Source: Bacteroidota bacterium
Lineage (GTDB): Bacteria; Bacteroidota; Bacteroidia; Bacteroidales; JACABE01
Direction: 5' to 3'
Assembly: GCA_037134755.1 (NCBI GenBank)
Contig: JBAXLO010000001.1
Span: 1-58,299 of the forward strand
Length of the DNA: 58,299 nucleotides
The notes below the pieces were generated by a model. That model did no database searches. It had not been told where the DNA came from and saw only the letters and a program-made list of their open reading frames with translations. The position numbers and the translations under genes are program-made. Numbering within the stretch: the first letter of the stretch is position 1; each line of letters opens with the position of its first letter. This document shows positions 8,048 through 16,693 of the stretch, one piece after another.

Positions 8048-9700
8048 ATGGCTTTCATAGATACTTCCCCGAAAGGGAATCTTAATTTGCAGGAAAAGGG
8101 AAATCCTTTTTATATCATGCTTCTGACATTGGTTGCCACTTTGGGCGGACTTTTATTTGGATATGATACTGCGGTTGTGAATGGTGCCGGCGAATCTTTA
8201 GATAAGTTTTATATCTTAAAGATGCTTGATCCTAACAATCTGCCTTATGCAATCCAAATGATCACCCAATACAAACTTATAGTTGTCATCGTTTTTTATC
8301 TGGTCTTACTCATAATTTCAGGGCAGATAATTAGATTGCTTGACGTTAAGAAGGGTTCAATTGTAAGTGCTGTTTTATTAATTATACTCACAGTTTGGGT
8401 TATTTCTTATTTCAGCAAAGCTATTCCTAATGATGTTGATGGATTGAAAGCCATGAAAGATTCTGTAAAGGGCTTTGTAATTGGAAGTGCTTTAATAGGC
8501 TGTATTATAGGTGGTGCTTTGTCGGGTTTTGTTTCTAAATCTATTGGGCGTAAGCGTGGTTTAGTTATTTCAGCTATTGCTTTTACTTTATCGGCGATAG
8601 GTGCGTGGAAACCTGAGGCTTTTAATATTTTCGGAACATTAGATGTGTATTCTTTTGTGGTTTATCGTATTATTGGCGGCGTTGGTGTGGGGCTGGCTTC
8701 AATGCTTTCGCCTTTGTATATTGCCGAAATTGCTCCGGCTAAGATTAGAGGTAAACTGGTGTCGTGGAATCAGTTTGCTATTATCTTTGGTATGCTTGTA
8801 ATATACTTTGTCAATTGGTTTATTGCCCGTAGTGGCAACGAAGATTGGCTGATAAATGAAGGATGGCGCTGGATGTTCTTTTCGGGAGTGATACCTGCTG
8901 CAATCTTCTTGATACTACTTATATTTGTGCCCGAAACTCCTCGTTTTCTTGTTATGAATAATAATGAAGCTAAGGCTTTAAAAGTTCTTAAAAAGATATC
9001 AGGAAATGATGTTGCCAACAGTATTCTTAAAGATATAAAAGGGTCATTACACGAAACCAAAGTGCCATGGCTTTCTTATGGTTTCTTTGTAATCTTTATA
9101 GGGATTATGTTAAGTGTATTCCAGCAGTTTGTAGGTATTAATGTGGTGCTTTATTATGCAGGCAATATCTTTAAAAACATGGGTGCAAGTACCGATTCTT
9201 CTTTATTACAGACAATAATTATTGGTTTAATAAATCTTATCTTTACAATATTAGCAATCTTTACTGTTGATAAATTTGGCAGGAAACCATTAATGATTAT
9301 TGGAGCCTTAACGATGGGTATAAGTATGTTTGCATTAGGATTAAGTTTCTATATGCAGAGTCAGGGGATAATGGCTTTAGTATTTATGTTGATTTACACA
9401 GCAGGTTTTGCAATGAGTTGGGGACCGGTTACCTGGGTATTGCTTTCGGAAATATTTCCTAACAGTATCAGAGGCGCAATGTCTATTGCTGTGGCTGCAC
9501 AATGGATTGCCAATTTAATTATTTCCTGGACCTTCCCAATGATGAACGATAACAACTGGCTTACAGATTTATTCCACCATGGTTTTGCTTATTGGGTTTA
9601 TGGTGCAATGGGTATTTTAGCTGCCTGGTTTATCTGGAAATTAGTTCCTGAAACTAAAGGTAAGACGCTGGAAGAAATGGAAAAGCTCTGGAAGAAATAA
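8048..9700 (+). CDS. xylE: MFS sugar porter, D-xylose:H+ symporter-like
   Basis: Sugar-porter signatures: GGLLFGYDTAVVNGA, GRKRG, PLYIAEIAPAKIRGKLVS, PETPRFL, VDKFGRKPL, PETKGKTLEEME. It has an extra hydrophobic insertion after TM1. It is the last gene of the xyl operon. Confidence 0.85.
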   Translation: MAFIDTSPKGNLNLQEKGNPFYIMLLTLVATLGGLLFGYDTAVVNGAGESLDKFYILKMLDPNNLPYAIQMITQYKLIVVIVFYLVLLIISGQIIRLLDVKKGSIVSAVLLIILTVWVISYFSKAIPNDVDGLKAMKDSVKGFVIGSALIGCIIGGALSGFVSKSIGRKRGLVISAIAFTLSAIGAWKPEAFNIFGTLDVYSFVVYRIIGGVGVGLASMLSPLYIAEIAPAKIRGKLVSWNQFAIIFGMLVIYFVNWFIARSGNEDWLINEGWRWMFFSGVIPAAIFLILLIFVPETPRFLVMNNNEAKALKVLKKISGNDVANSILKDIKGSLHETKVPWLSYGFFVIFIGIMLSVFQQFVGINVVLYYAGNIFKNMGASTDSSLLQTIIIGLINLIFTILAIFTVDKFGRKPLMIIGALTMGISMFALGLSFYMQSQGIMALVFMLIYTAGFAMSWGPVTWVLLSEIFPNSIRGAMSIAVAAQWIANLIISWTFPMMNDNNWLTDLFHHGFAYWVYGAMGILAAWFIWKLVPETKGKTLEEMEKLWKK

Positions 9701-9741
9701 TTCTAAACTAAATACATTTTAAATATATCCTAAAAATGTTT

Positions 9742-9778
9742 AGACCTAATCCTATACAAACGGGGTTAGGTCTTTTTG
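9742..9778 (+). terminator. rho-independent terminator after xylE
   Basis: AGACCTAATCC ... GGGTTAGGTCT stem followed by TTTTT. Confidence 0.7.
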
Positions 9779-9786
9779 TCATTTAA

Positions 9787-10209
9787 TCATTTTAAAATAC
9801 TTCTTATATAATCCATAAATGGGAATAAAAGAAATGTTAGAATTATATAGCAAAAGAAGTAAAGATAGTGAATGTCCTTTGGCTTATTTTCTTCGAAATA
9901 ATCAATAATTTTTATATATTTACCTTTATAATATAATAGAAAATAATTTATCAAGCTAAATAATATTAAAGTTGGTAATAATCTATCAGGATATTTATCA
10001 TATATTAATGGGAAAAATGCTAAAAAGTTTGCACTTTGAAAAATTGCAAACAAAATTAAAGTTCCAAATGAACGATTTTCTTTTGTATGAGCAGGTAACC
10101 ATGAAAGTTTATTAAAAAAGTAAAAGGATATATAAAACAAAAGTTTATAAATAAAGAAAATTCTTTTTCCTAATTTCTTAAAGAAATCTATAATACTATT
10201 TGAAAACAT
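9787..10209 (-). CDS. hypothetical integral membrane protein
   Basis: 140-aa ORF with about four hydrophobic helices and no recognisable motif. Confidence 0.5.
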   Translation of the reverse strand: MFSNSIIDFFKKLGKRIFFIYKLLFYISFYFFNKLSWLPAHTKENRSFGTLILFAIFQSANFLAFFPLIYDKYPDRLLPTLILFSLINYFLLYYKGKYIKIIDYFEENKPKDIHYLYFFCYIILTFLLFPFMDYIRSILK

Positions 10210-10371
10210 ATATTAATTTTTATTTTTGATATTTATAATTCATTTGTATAAACATTCCATTTAGCATGTAAAAGTAGTAAAATAATTAACACGTGAAGTA
10301 AAAAAGAACAAAAAACATTTCTACTAAATTAAAATATGATTTTATTAATAATAATTCCGTACATTTGCATT

Positions 10372-10665
10372 ATGAATTTAGACAATAAATCAATAGAGAC
10401 AATAAAAGAATATTTTGAAACTCGTCCGGTTTTAAAAGCATACCTTTTTGGTTCGTACGTTCGTGACGAAGCGGATGATTCAAGTGATATTGATATTCTT
10501 GTTGATTTAGATTATTCTCAAAAGATTGGTTTGCAATTTATACAAATGAAATTAGATTTAGAGAAACTATTATGTAAAGAAGTTGACTTGGTTTCTTCAA
10601 ATGGGATATCTAAATATATTAAACCTATTGTTGATAATGAAAAACAACTGATATATGCGAAGTAA
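10372..10665 (+). CDS. MNT-type nucleotidyltransferase (antitoxin of an MNT/HepT pair)
   Basis: GSYVRDEADDSSDIDILVD is the minimal nucleotidyltransferase GS...DxD motif. The track ORF starts at 10336. The ATG at 10372 (MNLDNKSIETIKEYF...) fits family N-termini better. Confidence 0.8.
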   Translation: MNLDNKSIETIKEYFETRPVLKAYLFGSYVRDEADDSSDIDILVDLDYSQKIGLQFIQMKLDLEKLLCKEVDLVSSNGISKYIKPIVDNEKQLIYAK

Positions 10666-11002
10666 TCTAGGTGATAAAGTTAGATTGCAGCATATTTTGG
10701 ATGCTATTACTGAGATAGAATCGTATCTTATCAATACTGAGTTTTCTGATTTTATGGATAATTCAATGATGAGGTTTGCTTGTATCAAACAAATGGAGAT
10801 TATTGGAGAAGCAAGTAATCATATCTCTGATGATATTAAATCAAGATTTTCGCAGATAGAATGGGCGCAGATTAATGGTATGAGAAATGTTTTTGTACAT
10901 GAATACTTTGGTATTGATGCTAATTTAGTTTGGGAAATTATTAAAAATGATATCCCAGCATTAAAAGAAAAAATAATTGATGTTTTAGAGTCTTTTGAAT
11001 AA
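10655..11002 (+). CDS. HepT-type HEPN toxin (DUF86)
   Basis: 115 aa and overlaps the MNT gene by 11 nt. RNVFVHEY is the Rx4-6H HEPN motif. Confidence 0.8.
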   Translation: MRSNLGDKVRLQHILDAITEIESYLINTEFSDFMDNSMMRFACIKQMEIIGEASNHISDDIKSRFSQIEWAQINGMRNVFVHEYFGIDANLVWEIIKNDIPALKEKIIDVLESFE

Positions 11003-11038
11003 TAATAAAGATATCAAAATAGAAAATAAATAACTTTT

Positions 11039-11689
11039 CTAATACCCTCCAACTTGCAGTATATGCAATGTCTGAAAAGTTAAAAATTGAATAGCTTTCC
11101 CAATTGGTAATAAATTCAAATGAGTTTGACTATCTATAATTATAATCGCAAATAAACCTATCGCACCATATTTAATTATATTAGCTTCCATTTCTTTACT
11201 AATATTTATTGATTTCAAAATTAAATGAGAACCGTCCAATGGAGGTATAGGTATCATGTTGAAAACAAATAATCCATAGTTAAGGAAAATACAATACATA
11301 TTTATTTGAATTAAATACTTTATCATAACATTATCGGCATCAACTATAAATGGAGTCCATATCTTGAGAATAATAGCGAACAATACTGCAAGAATTACAT
11401 TGGCAATTGGTCCGGCAATGGCAATTAGCTTTTCATCACGACGAGGATTTTTTAGTTTCTCAGGGTTGAAATGTACAGGTTTAGCCCAGCCAAAATGAGC
11501 AATGATTATAAATAATAAACCAAACCAGTCGATGTGTTTTAGTGGATTAAGTGAAACCCGACCTTCCTGAAAAGCCGTATCATCTCCTAATAGATGTCCA
11601 ACTTTTGCATGAGCATATTCATGAAACGTAAGCCCAATTATAATTGCCGGTAATATCGTAATAATAGATTCTAAATCAATTCCTCCCAT
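11039..11689 (-). CDS. site-2 protease family (peptidase M50) membrane metalloprotease
   Basis: HEYAHA (HExxH) lies in the first TM helix. The protein has multiple TM segments and NMIPIPPLDGSH (the LDG motif). Confidence 0.8.
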   Translation of the reverse strand: MGGIDLESIITILPAIIIGLTFHEYAHAKVGHLLGDDTAFQEGRVSLNPLKHIDWFGLLFIIIAHFGWAKPVHFNPEKLKNPRRDEKLIAIAGPIANVILAVLFAIILKIWTPFIVDADNVMIKYLIQINMYCIFLNYGLFVFNMIPIPPLDGSHLILKSINISKEMEANIIKYGAIGLFAIIIIDSQTHLNLLPIGKAIQFLTFQTLHILQVGGY

Positions 11690-11824
11690 AGTAGTTTTTT
11701 TTATTGAAGTAAATATTTCTCAAAATTATATTAATAGATTTTATAAAATTTGATTGATAACGGAAATTTAAGTGTTTACTATATTTATAAAGTATGTTTA
11801 TTATGAATATATATGTTAAAGGCT

Positions 11825-12457
11825 TTATAACTTGTGTAATAGTTCTTTTGTGTTTTTAACAAATAAATCCCATTTATGGTAAAAATGACTGCTCATAATA
11901 GGTATCATTGTTCGGTTGAGGTAGTTTTCTGAAGGTTTAATAAACTTCCCTTCCTGATAATATTCTAACATATTCCTTTTGTTAATTTTGTGTGGGGATA
12001 ATGCTTGCAGGACTTTTAAATTTGTAAAAAACACAGGTATTCTTAACGAAAATAATGTATCTATCTCCTGTTTTAAAGTTGGTTTCCAGATTTCTGCAAA
12101 CTCATACCAATTGGGGTTTTTATCTACATGTCTATTACAATAATTTTGAACCAAATTTTGCACATATATAGTATCAAGACCTAAACCAACCATTCGCAAG
12201 TTAAATTCATGAGTTTTAAAATATTTTGACCCCGGATCTTCTAAACCAAAAACATATTTATAGTTTAATTTAATATCCAAACTAGGGTCAGGGCCTATAA
12301 CAATGGCTTTTACATTAGCTATATTTCCATAAAAAGGTTTTGGCAGATGTTTAGTGTCTACATAATACCTCATTAATTCCTCGTTTTTTATAATAATATC
12401 AATAGCGTTATCATTACTTACATCAAACAAACTTAAGGTTTTATCTACTTGTTTCAT
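11825..12457 (-). CDS. hypothetical protein, possibly uracil-DNA-glycosylase-superfamily fold
   Basis: 210-aa ORF. VIGPDPS, YVQNLVQNY and MSSHFYH are spaced like UDG motifs A, the mid motif and B, but the resemblance is weak. Confidence 0.5.
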   Translation of the reverse strand: MKQVDKTLSLFDVSNDNAIDIIIKNEELMRYYVDTKHLPKPFYGNIANVKAIVIGPDPSLDIKLNYKYVFGLEDPGSKYFKTHEFNLRMVGLGLDTIYVQNLVQNYCNRHVDKNPNWYEFAEIWKPTLKQEIDTLFSLRIPVFFTNLKVLQALSPHKINKRNMLEYYQEGKFIKPSENYLNRTMIPIMSSHFYHKWDLFVKNTKELLHKL

Positions 12458-12634
12458 TTTTTTATTAATTTCTATACAAAAGTACTATTCTTTAGTTATA
12501 AAAGGGTTCTTTTTGTAATATAATATTAAAAAAAATAAAATTAGTCATTAGTTTTAGATAAAAATCCAGACATATTAAGTTAAAGCATATATTATCAATA
12601 ATAAAGTACTTTAAGTAAGGCTGAAAACCTTGTA

Positions 12635-12844
12635 TAATGCAAATGTAAAGTAGGAGGTTTTGCTCAAATGTTGGTGTAATACAAATGTAAAGTAGGAGGT
12701 TTTGAGCCGAAACTGGTGTAATGCAAATGTAAATTTTGAGTGCAAAGGTAAAAGCTGGCTTAATACAAATGTAAAATTTAGGTGCAGATGTAAAAGTTGA
12801 TATAATGCAAATGTAAAATAAGAGTTTTTGAATCCGAGGAAAGC
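12635..12844. repeat. tandem array, 5 x 42 bp (TAATRCAAATGTAAA...)
   Basis: Unit starts at 12635, 12677, 12719, 12761 and 12803 are spaced exactly 42 bp apart. Each unit contains an internal half-repeat (TGCAAATGTAAA / TGCAAAGGTAAA). Confidence 0.9.
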
Positions 12845-13103
12845 TATTTTTTATAAAATAAATTCTAGATGCTTAAACAAGCTATATTTTTAAGTGCTTT
12901 TTACATATATTTTTAAATATAATGGTTAGTTTAGATAAAAAGAATCAATTTGTGTTAAAATAAGTGTATCATAATAGTACAAAATATATCTATTTTAGAA
13001 GTATTTTTAATTTTTATTCAACTATAATAGGTATTAGATGAGATGGTAGTATAATATTTTTAATTTTTATTTATTATTTTGTAATACAGAGCATTTTATT
13101 TTG

Positions 13104-13111
13104 TACATTTG
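13104..13111 (+). promoter_or_regulatory. putative -7 box (TACATTTG) for the 13257-21466 operon
   Basis: A TAnnTTTG match lies about 145 nt upstream of the ATG at 13257, which implies a long leader. Confidence 0.35.
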
Positions 13112-13256
13112 TCAACGAAAACACGAATATCTGACTAATCATTGGGACAAGGTATTGTTTATGGTGTAATGATATGATTTTTATCTATCTCTACCAAAAA
13201 AAAGCCGCCTGTTCGCCTTTTCTTAACAATAGTATTAATAAATTAATAATGTTCAT

Positions 13257-14222
13257 ATGAGCAGCAAACATTCGTTTTACATTACAAATTACTTTCTGAA
13301 TTATACCGTTAATTCCAGAAAAAAGATGGTGGACATAGTGGCATACTTTATGTCGGTAGTTAATCAAGGCATGCCAGATGTTGACCTACAAATAATCTTA
13401 GATAGGACTGATCCTCAGTTTACACTCTACAAGGCTAAATTTAAGACATGGAAACTCGCAAAAGAAACATATCAGAATGCAACTACGCTGATTGAGCAGT
13501 CATTCGGTCATTTACATTTAGATTTAGAAGCTGTTCATGGATTAGTTATAGCAGTTTATCCATCAAACTCTAACGAATATCAGTCTATATTTCGCGATGG
13601 ATTAGATATCTATCATACAGATTCTTATTATCAACGAATTCAACAATTAGGATATTTAAGCGACCGCTTAGGATTATACCTGCCTATGGCAACAGAAAAA
13701 ACTACGATTGCAGGCTTGTGTACTAGTATCTCAGCTCTTAGAGATAAACAACAACAGAAAGCAAAATCTTTAGTTGAAGCTTCTGATGATCTCGAATTGT
13801 GTAGAGTAGATATTGCTGATATGATGTATGGTAACGTTGGTTTATTAATGAATAAATTTCGTAAAACAAGAGATAAAATTCTTAGCTTCTTTAATTTGGA
13901 TTTATTATATGGAAGAGGACAAAAAGAAGTTGCTACAAAGACTTATGGTTTAAATGTTCCTGTTAATTCTTATGGAAAAACAGCAATACAGATAACTTCA
14001 AAAACTACTTTTGGATTTAATAACACAGGCAATGTAATGATGCAAGTTTATACAGCTTCTACACCAGATGCACCAGTACCTACAAATGCGTTAACTATTG
14101 ATGCAGATGTAGAAGTAAATGCAAAAGCTGATACATTAGGAGCAGTAACCAATACCTGGCTTATCGTTTATAATGCTGATGTTAATTTTTCAGGTTCAAT
14201 AGATATTACTGAAACCAACTAA
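13257..14222 (+). CDS. hypothetical protein, orphan helical-N / beta-rich-C family; first gene of the MELLYID/NYN operon
   Basis: 321-aa ORF with no signal peptide. The N-terminal two-thirds are predicted helical and the C-terminal ~100 aa are beta-rich (TYGLNVPVNSYGKTAIQITSKTTFGFNN...). Its layout resembles 25395..26309 and 27158..28090. An alternative start is M24, at 13326. Confidence 0.65.
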   Translation: MSSKHSFYITNYFLNYTVNSRKKMVDIVAYFMSVVNQGMPDVDLQIILDRTDPQFTLYKAKFKTWKLAKETYQNATTLIEQSFGHLHLDLEAVHGLVIAVYPSNSNEYQSIFRDGLDIYHTDSYYQRIQQLGYLSDRLGLYLPMATEKTTIAGLCTSISALRDKQQQKAKSLVEASDDLELCRVDIADMMYGNVGLLMNKFRKTRDKILSFFNLDLLYGRGQKEVATKTYGLNVPVNSYGKTAIQITSKTTFGFNNTGNVMMQVYTASTPDAPVPTNALTIDADVEVNAKADTLGAVTNTWLIVYNADVNFSGSIDITETN

Positions 14223-14245
14223 TACCTTTACTTAAGAATCCGGTT

Positions 14246-14280
14246 ATGTATATATTAGCCTCAAAAGCTAATATGTACAT
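14246..14280 (+). terminator. intra-operon hairpin (possible partial terminator or attenuator)
   Basis: ATGTATATATTAGC-CTCAAAA-GCTAATATGTACAT is a 14-bp stem with one mismatch. A TTTTT run follows 8 nt later. Confidence 0.45.
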
Positions 14281-14307
14281 TGCTGCATTTTTCAAATTCT
14301 TATCGTT

Positions 14308-15399
14308 ATGGAATTACTATATATTGATTTAATAACAAAAAATATTCAATGTGAATCTGAATATTATTATTTCATTGTAAACTATATAATAGGCAAAAAA
14401 ATTTCCTTACATTCAAATATAGGATTTTATAATTTCATTAATAAAAATAAAAAAAGAATTAGTTTATCTGATTTCATTAAATATTATGAAAGTTATTGTA
14501 TTTATTTTCATAAAGATAATAAAGAAGAACTTGATGTTGTCTTTAGCTATTGTGATGATTTTAAAATTTTTAATAAAGATTACAAAGCCTATTCAAAGAA
14601 GAAGAATTTAACAAAAGAACAATTAGTATTTATGAATTGCCATAATACTAACTACAATATGATAAAAGAAAAATTAATTGATATTTGCAAAAATAATATG
14701 ACATCATTAAATCTAATGGCCTATTCTGATTTAATAAATGATGATATAATTGAAACAAGTTTTTCATTATTCAAAAGAAATGGAAAAATTGATGATATTG
14801 AATTGAGTGAAATTATTTTTAATAATTTTTTATCAAAAGAAAAATTAGTTATAGCAGGAAGTTTCTATGAAAAAGTTATTGATTCTATGAATAAATATAA
14901 AGAAGAAAATGAGATAGAAGGAGAAAAATCTAATAAAATATTTTTGCCAGATTTACCATTATTGAAATTCCCTATATCAAGTGAAATATCAAAAGAGCAT
15001 TTGCAATTAATTAGATTACAATTTAATTCACAGATTACCATTTTGTTTGATAAAATACAAAACTATAGAATTAATGAATTGCAACATGAAATTAATGAAA
15101 CACTTGCAGAAAAATTATCTGTGTTTTACAAAACATTACATGAGGATATAGAAATTATTCAAAATAAAATAGATGAAAATATATTTTTTCAAAAAATAAT
15201 AAACTCAGATTCTATATATAAAACAGTAATAGTAAATTTGGGTATAGTTCCTTATTTTACTCTGGTATGTTTGTATTTTTCTCTAAAAGCAATTACTATA
15301 GAAAAATTTTTAGAATTAAGAAATAGATGTAATTACGAACTCGGAACTTTTACAGGTGATTTTTTTCTTTATTATGAAATAGAACCTAAAATAAATTAA
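14308..15399 (+). CDS. MELLYID-family paralogue 1 (hypothetical, no recognisable domain)
   Basis: 363 aa. Starts MELLYIDLITK..SEYYYFIVNYIIGKK and ends FFLYYEIEPKIN. Clear paralogy to the next four ORFs. Confidence 0.75.
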   Translation: MELLYIDLITKNIQCESEYYYFIVNYIIGKKISLHSNIGFYNFINKNKKRISLSDFIKYYESYCIYFHKDNKEELDVVFSYCDDFKIFNKDYKAYSKKKNLTKEQLVFMNCHNTNYNMIKEKLIDICKNNMTSLNLMAYSDLINDDIIETSFSLFKRNGKIDDIELSEIIFNNFLSKEKLVIAGSFYEKVIDSMNKYKEENEIEGEKSNKIFLPDLPLLKFPISSEISKEHLQLIRLQFNSQITILFDKIQNYRINELQHEINETLAEKLSVFYKTLHEDIEIIQNKIDENIFFQKIINSDSIYKTVIVNLGIVPYFTLVCLYFSLKAITIEKFLELRNRCNYELGTFTGDFFLYYEIEPKIN

Positions 15400-15483
15400 G
15401 AAGAAAATGAAATTGAATAAAGTTAGAAATATGAATGGATTTATTAAAAATACATTAATAATTAAAAACTAATTATTACAATT

Positions 15484-16593
15484 ATGGAATTGCTATATAT
15501 AGATTATATGAAAACGCAAAATCAATTTGATTCTGAATATTATTATTTTATTATAAATTATTTAATTGGTGAAAAGATTCAAATGCATTCTAACTTTGGA
15601 TTTTATATGCATGTTGTTAAAAATATTAATAAGTTAAGCAAATATGAACTTGTAGATTATCTTGAAAATTATATGATTCAAAGCACTTTACATACTCCTT
15701 GCGATTTAAAAGATTTTTTTGCTACAAAAGATATGTATAGTAGAACTAATAAGCTAGTTACAAAAATTTTAAAGCACGGTAAAATGCCAAAGATAGACTT
15801 TGAAATAGTGAAATCCTTTAACGATTTAATAGCAACAAATAAATCTGAATTACTAAGAATATGTAATGAATTATTAGAAAAGCAACATTTATTGCCTTAT
15901 GTTGATTTACTTGATAATGATATTTTAAAGACTTCTTTTTCTTTATATAATCGTGATGTAACTATAAAAGAAAAGGAAATTGGGGAAATTATATATAATA
16001 ACTTTAAAAGAAAAGATAGGCTTTTAGTTTTGGGAAGCATGATTGGTATGCAAATGGACTTGTTTTTAGTTGAAGATGGAATTGGGACCTCAAAAAATGA
16101 AGAAGACTTAGTAACTGTTGGATCTTCATGTTTATTAACAATTCCATGCTCAAAAAAATTAACAAAGGATAATCTTATTTTTATTAGAAAGCAATTCCAT
16201 GCAAAATTTGATTCTTTATTTGCCAAAATATATGATTTCCGATCAAAATTTCTTAAAAAAGAGTTAGATGATGACCTAATGATAGAATTTAATAATTTTA
16301 CTTCAGAAATAGAAAATGAATTGGAAATATTACAACTTGAAATAGACAACCATATCTATTTTCAGAAAATTAAAAATTCAGATCCTGATTATGTAAATAT
16401 AAGTATCAATTTGGGAGTTCTACCAATTGATTTAATTTTTATGGTTTATGTTACGTCAAATGTAATTTCATTTGATAAATACTTAGAATTAAGTATTAGA
16501 GAATATAATGAAATAGGTAAAGGTATGGGAGATATTTATCTTTATTATGAAATTGAACCAAAAATAAACGAAGAAGAAAATACAGAAGAATAA
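15484..16593 (+). CDS. MELLYID-family paralogue 2
   Basis: 369 aa. Contains MELLYIDYMK..SEYYYFIINYLIGEK, IPCS, QKIKNSDPDYVNISINLGVL and IYLYYEIEPKIN. Confidence 0.75.
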   Translation: MELLYIDYMKTQNQFDSEYYYFIINYLIGEKIQMHSNFGFYMHVVKNINKLSKYELVDYLENYMIQSTLHTPCDLKDFFATKDMYSRTNKLVTKILKHGKMPKIDFEIVKSFNDLIATNKSELLRICNELLEKQHLLPYVDLLDNDILKTSFSLYNRDVTIKEKEIGEIIYNNFKRKDRLLVLGSMIGMQMDLFLVEDGIGTSKNEEDLVTVGSSCLLTIPCSKKLTKDNLIFIRKQFHAKFDSLFAKIYDFRSKFLKKELDDDLMIEFNNFTSEIENELEILQLEIDNHIYFQKIKNSDPDYVNISINLGVLPIDLIFMVYVTSNVISFDKYLELSIREYNEIGKGMGDIYLYYEIEPKINEEENTEE

Positions 16594-16693
16594 AATTTTT
16601 AATTGCTTTTTAAATACACACATAAATTGTGTAAATACTTATTTATAAATTTTATTAGTTCAGATATTCATTAAAATAATTAATATTTAAGTT

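Noticed and set aside
10336-10371. Upstream ATG (10336) as the MNT start, and TACATTTG at 10360-10367 as its promoter
   Set aside because: The extra 12 residues (MILLIIIPYICI) are not family-like. The -7-like box lies only 5 nt before the preferred ATG at 10372, so it cannot serve that start unless the mRNA is leaderless. The question is left unresolved and no promoter is called.
12648-12700. AGGAGG Shine-Dalgarno-like motifs inside the first two 42-bp repeat units as translation signals
   Set aside because: The first is followed only by a 3-codon ATG-TTG-GTG-TAA mini-ORF and the second by no ATG. Bacteroidota generally do not rely on SD sequences. These are most likely just part of the repeat sequence.
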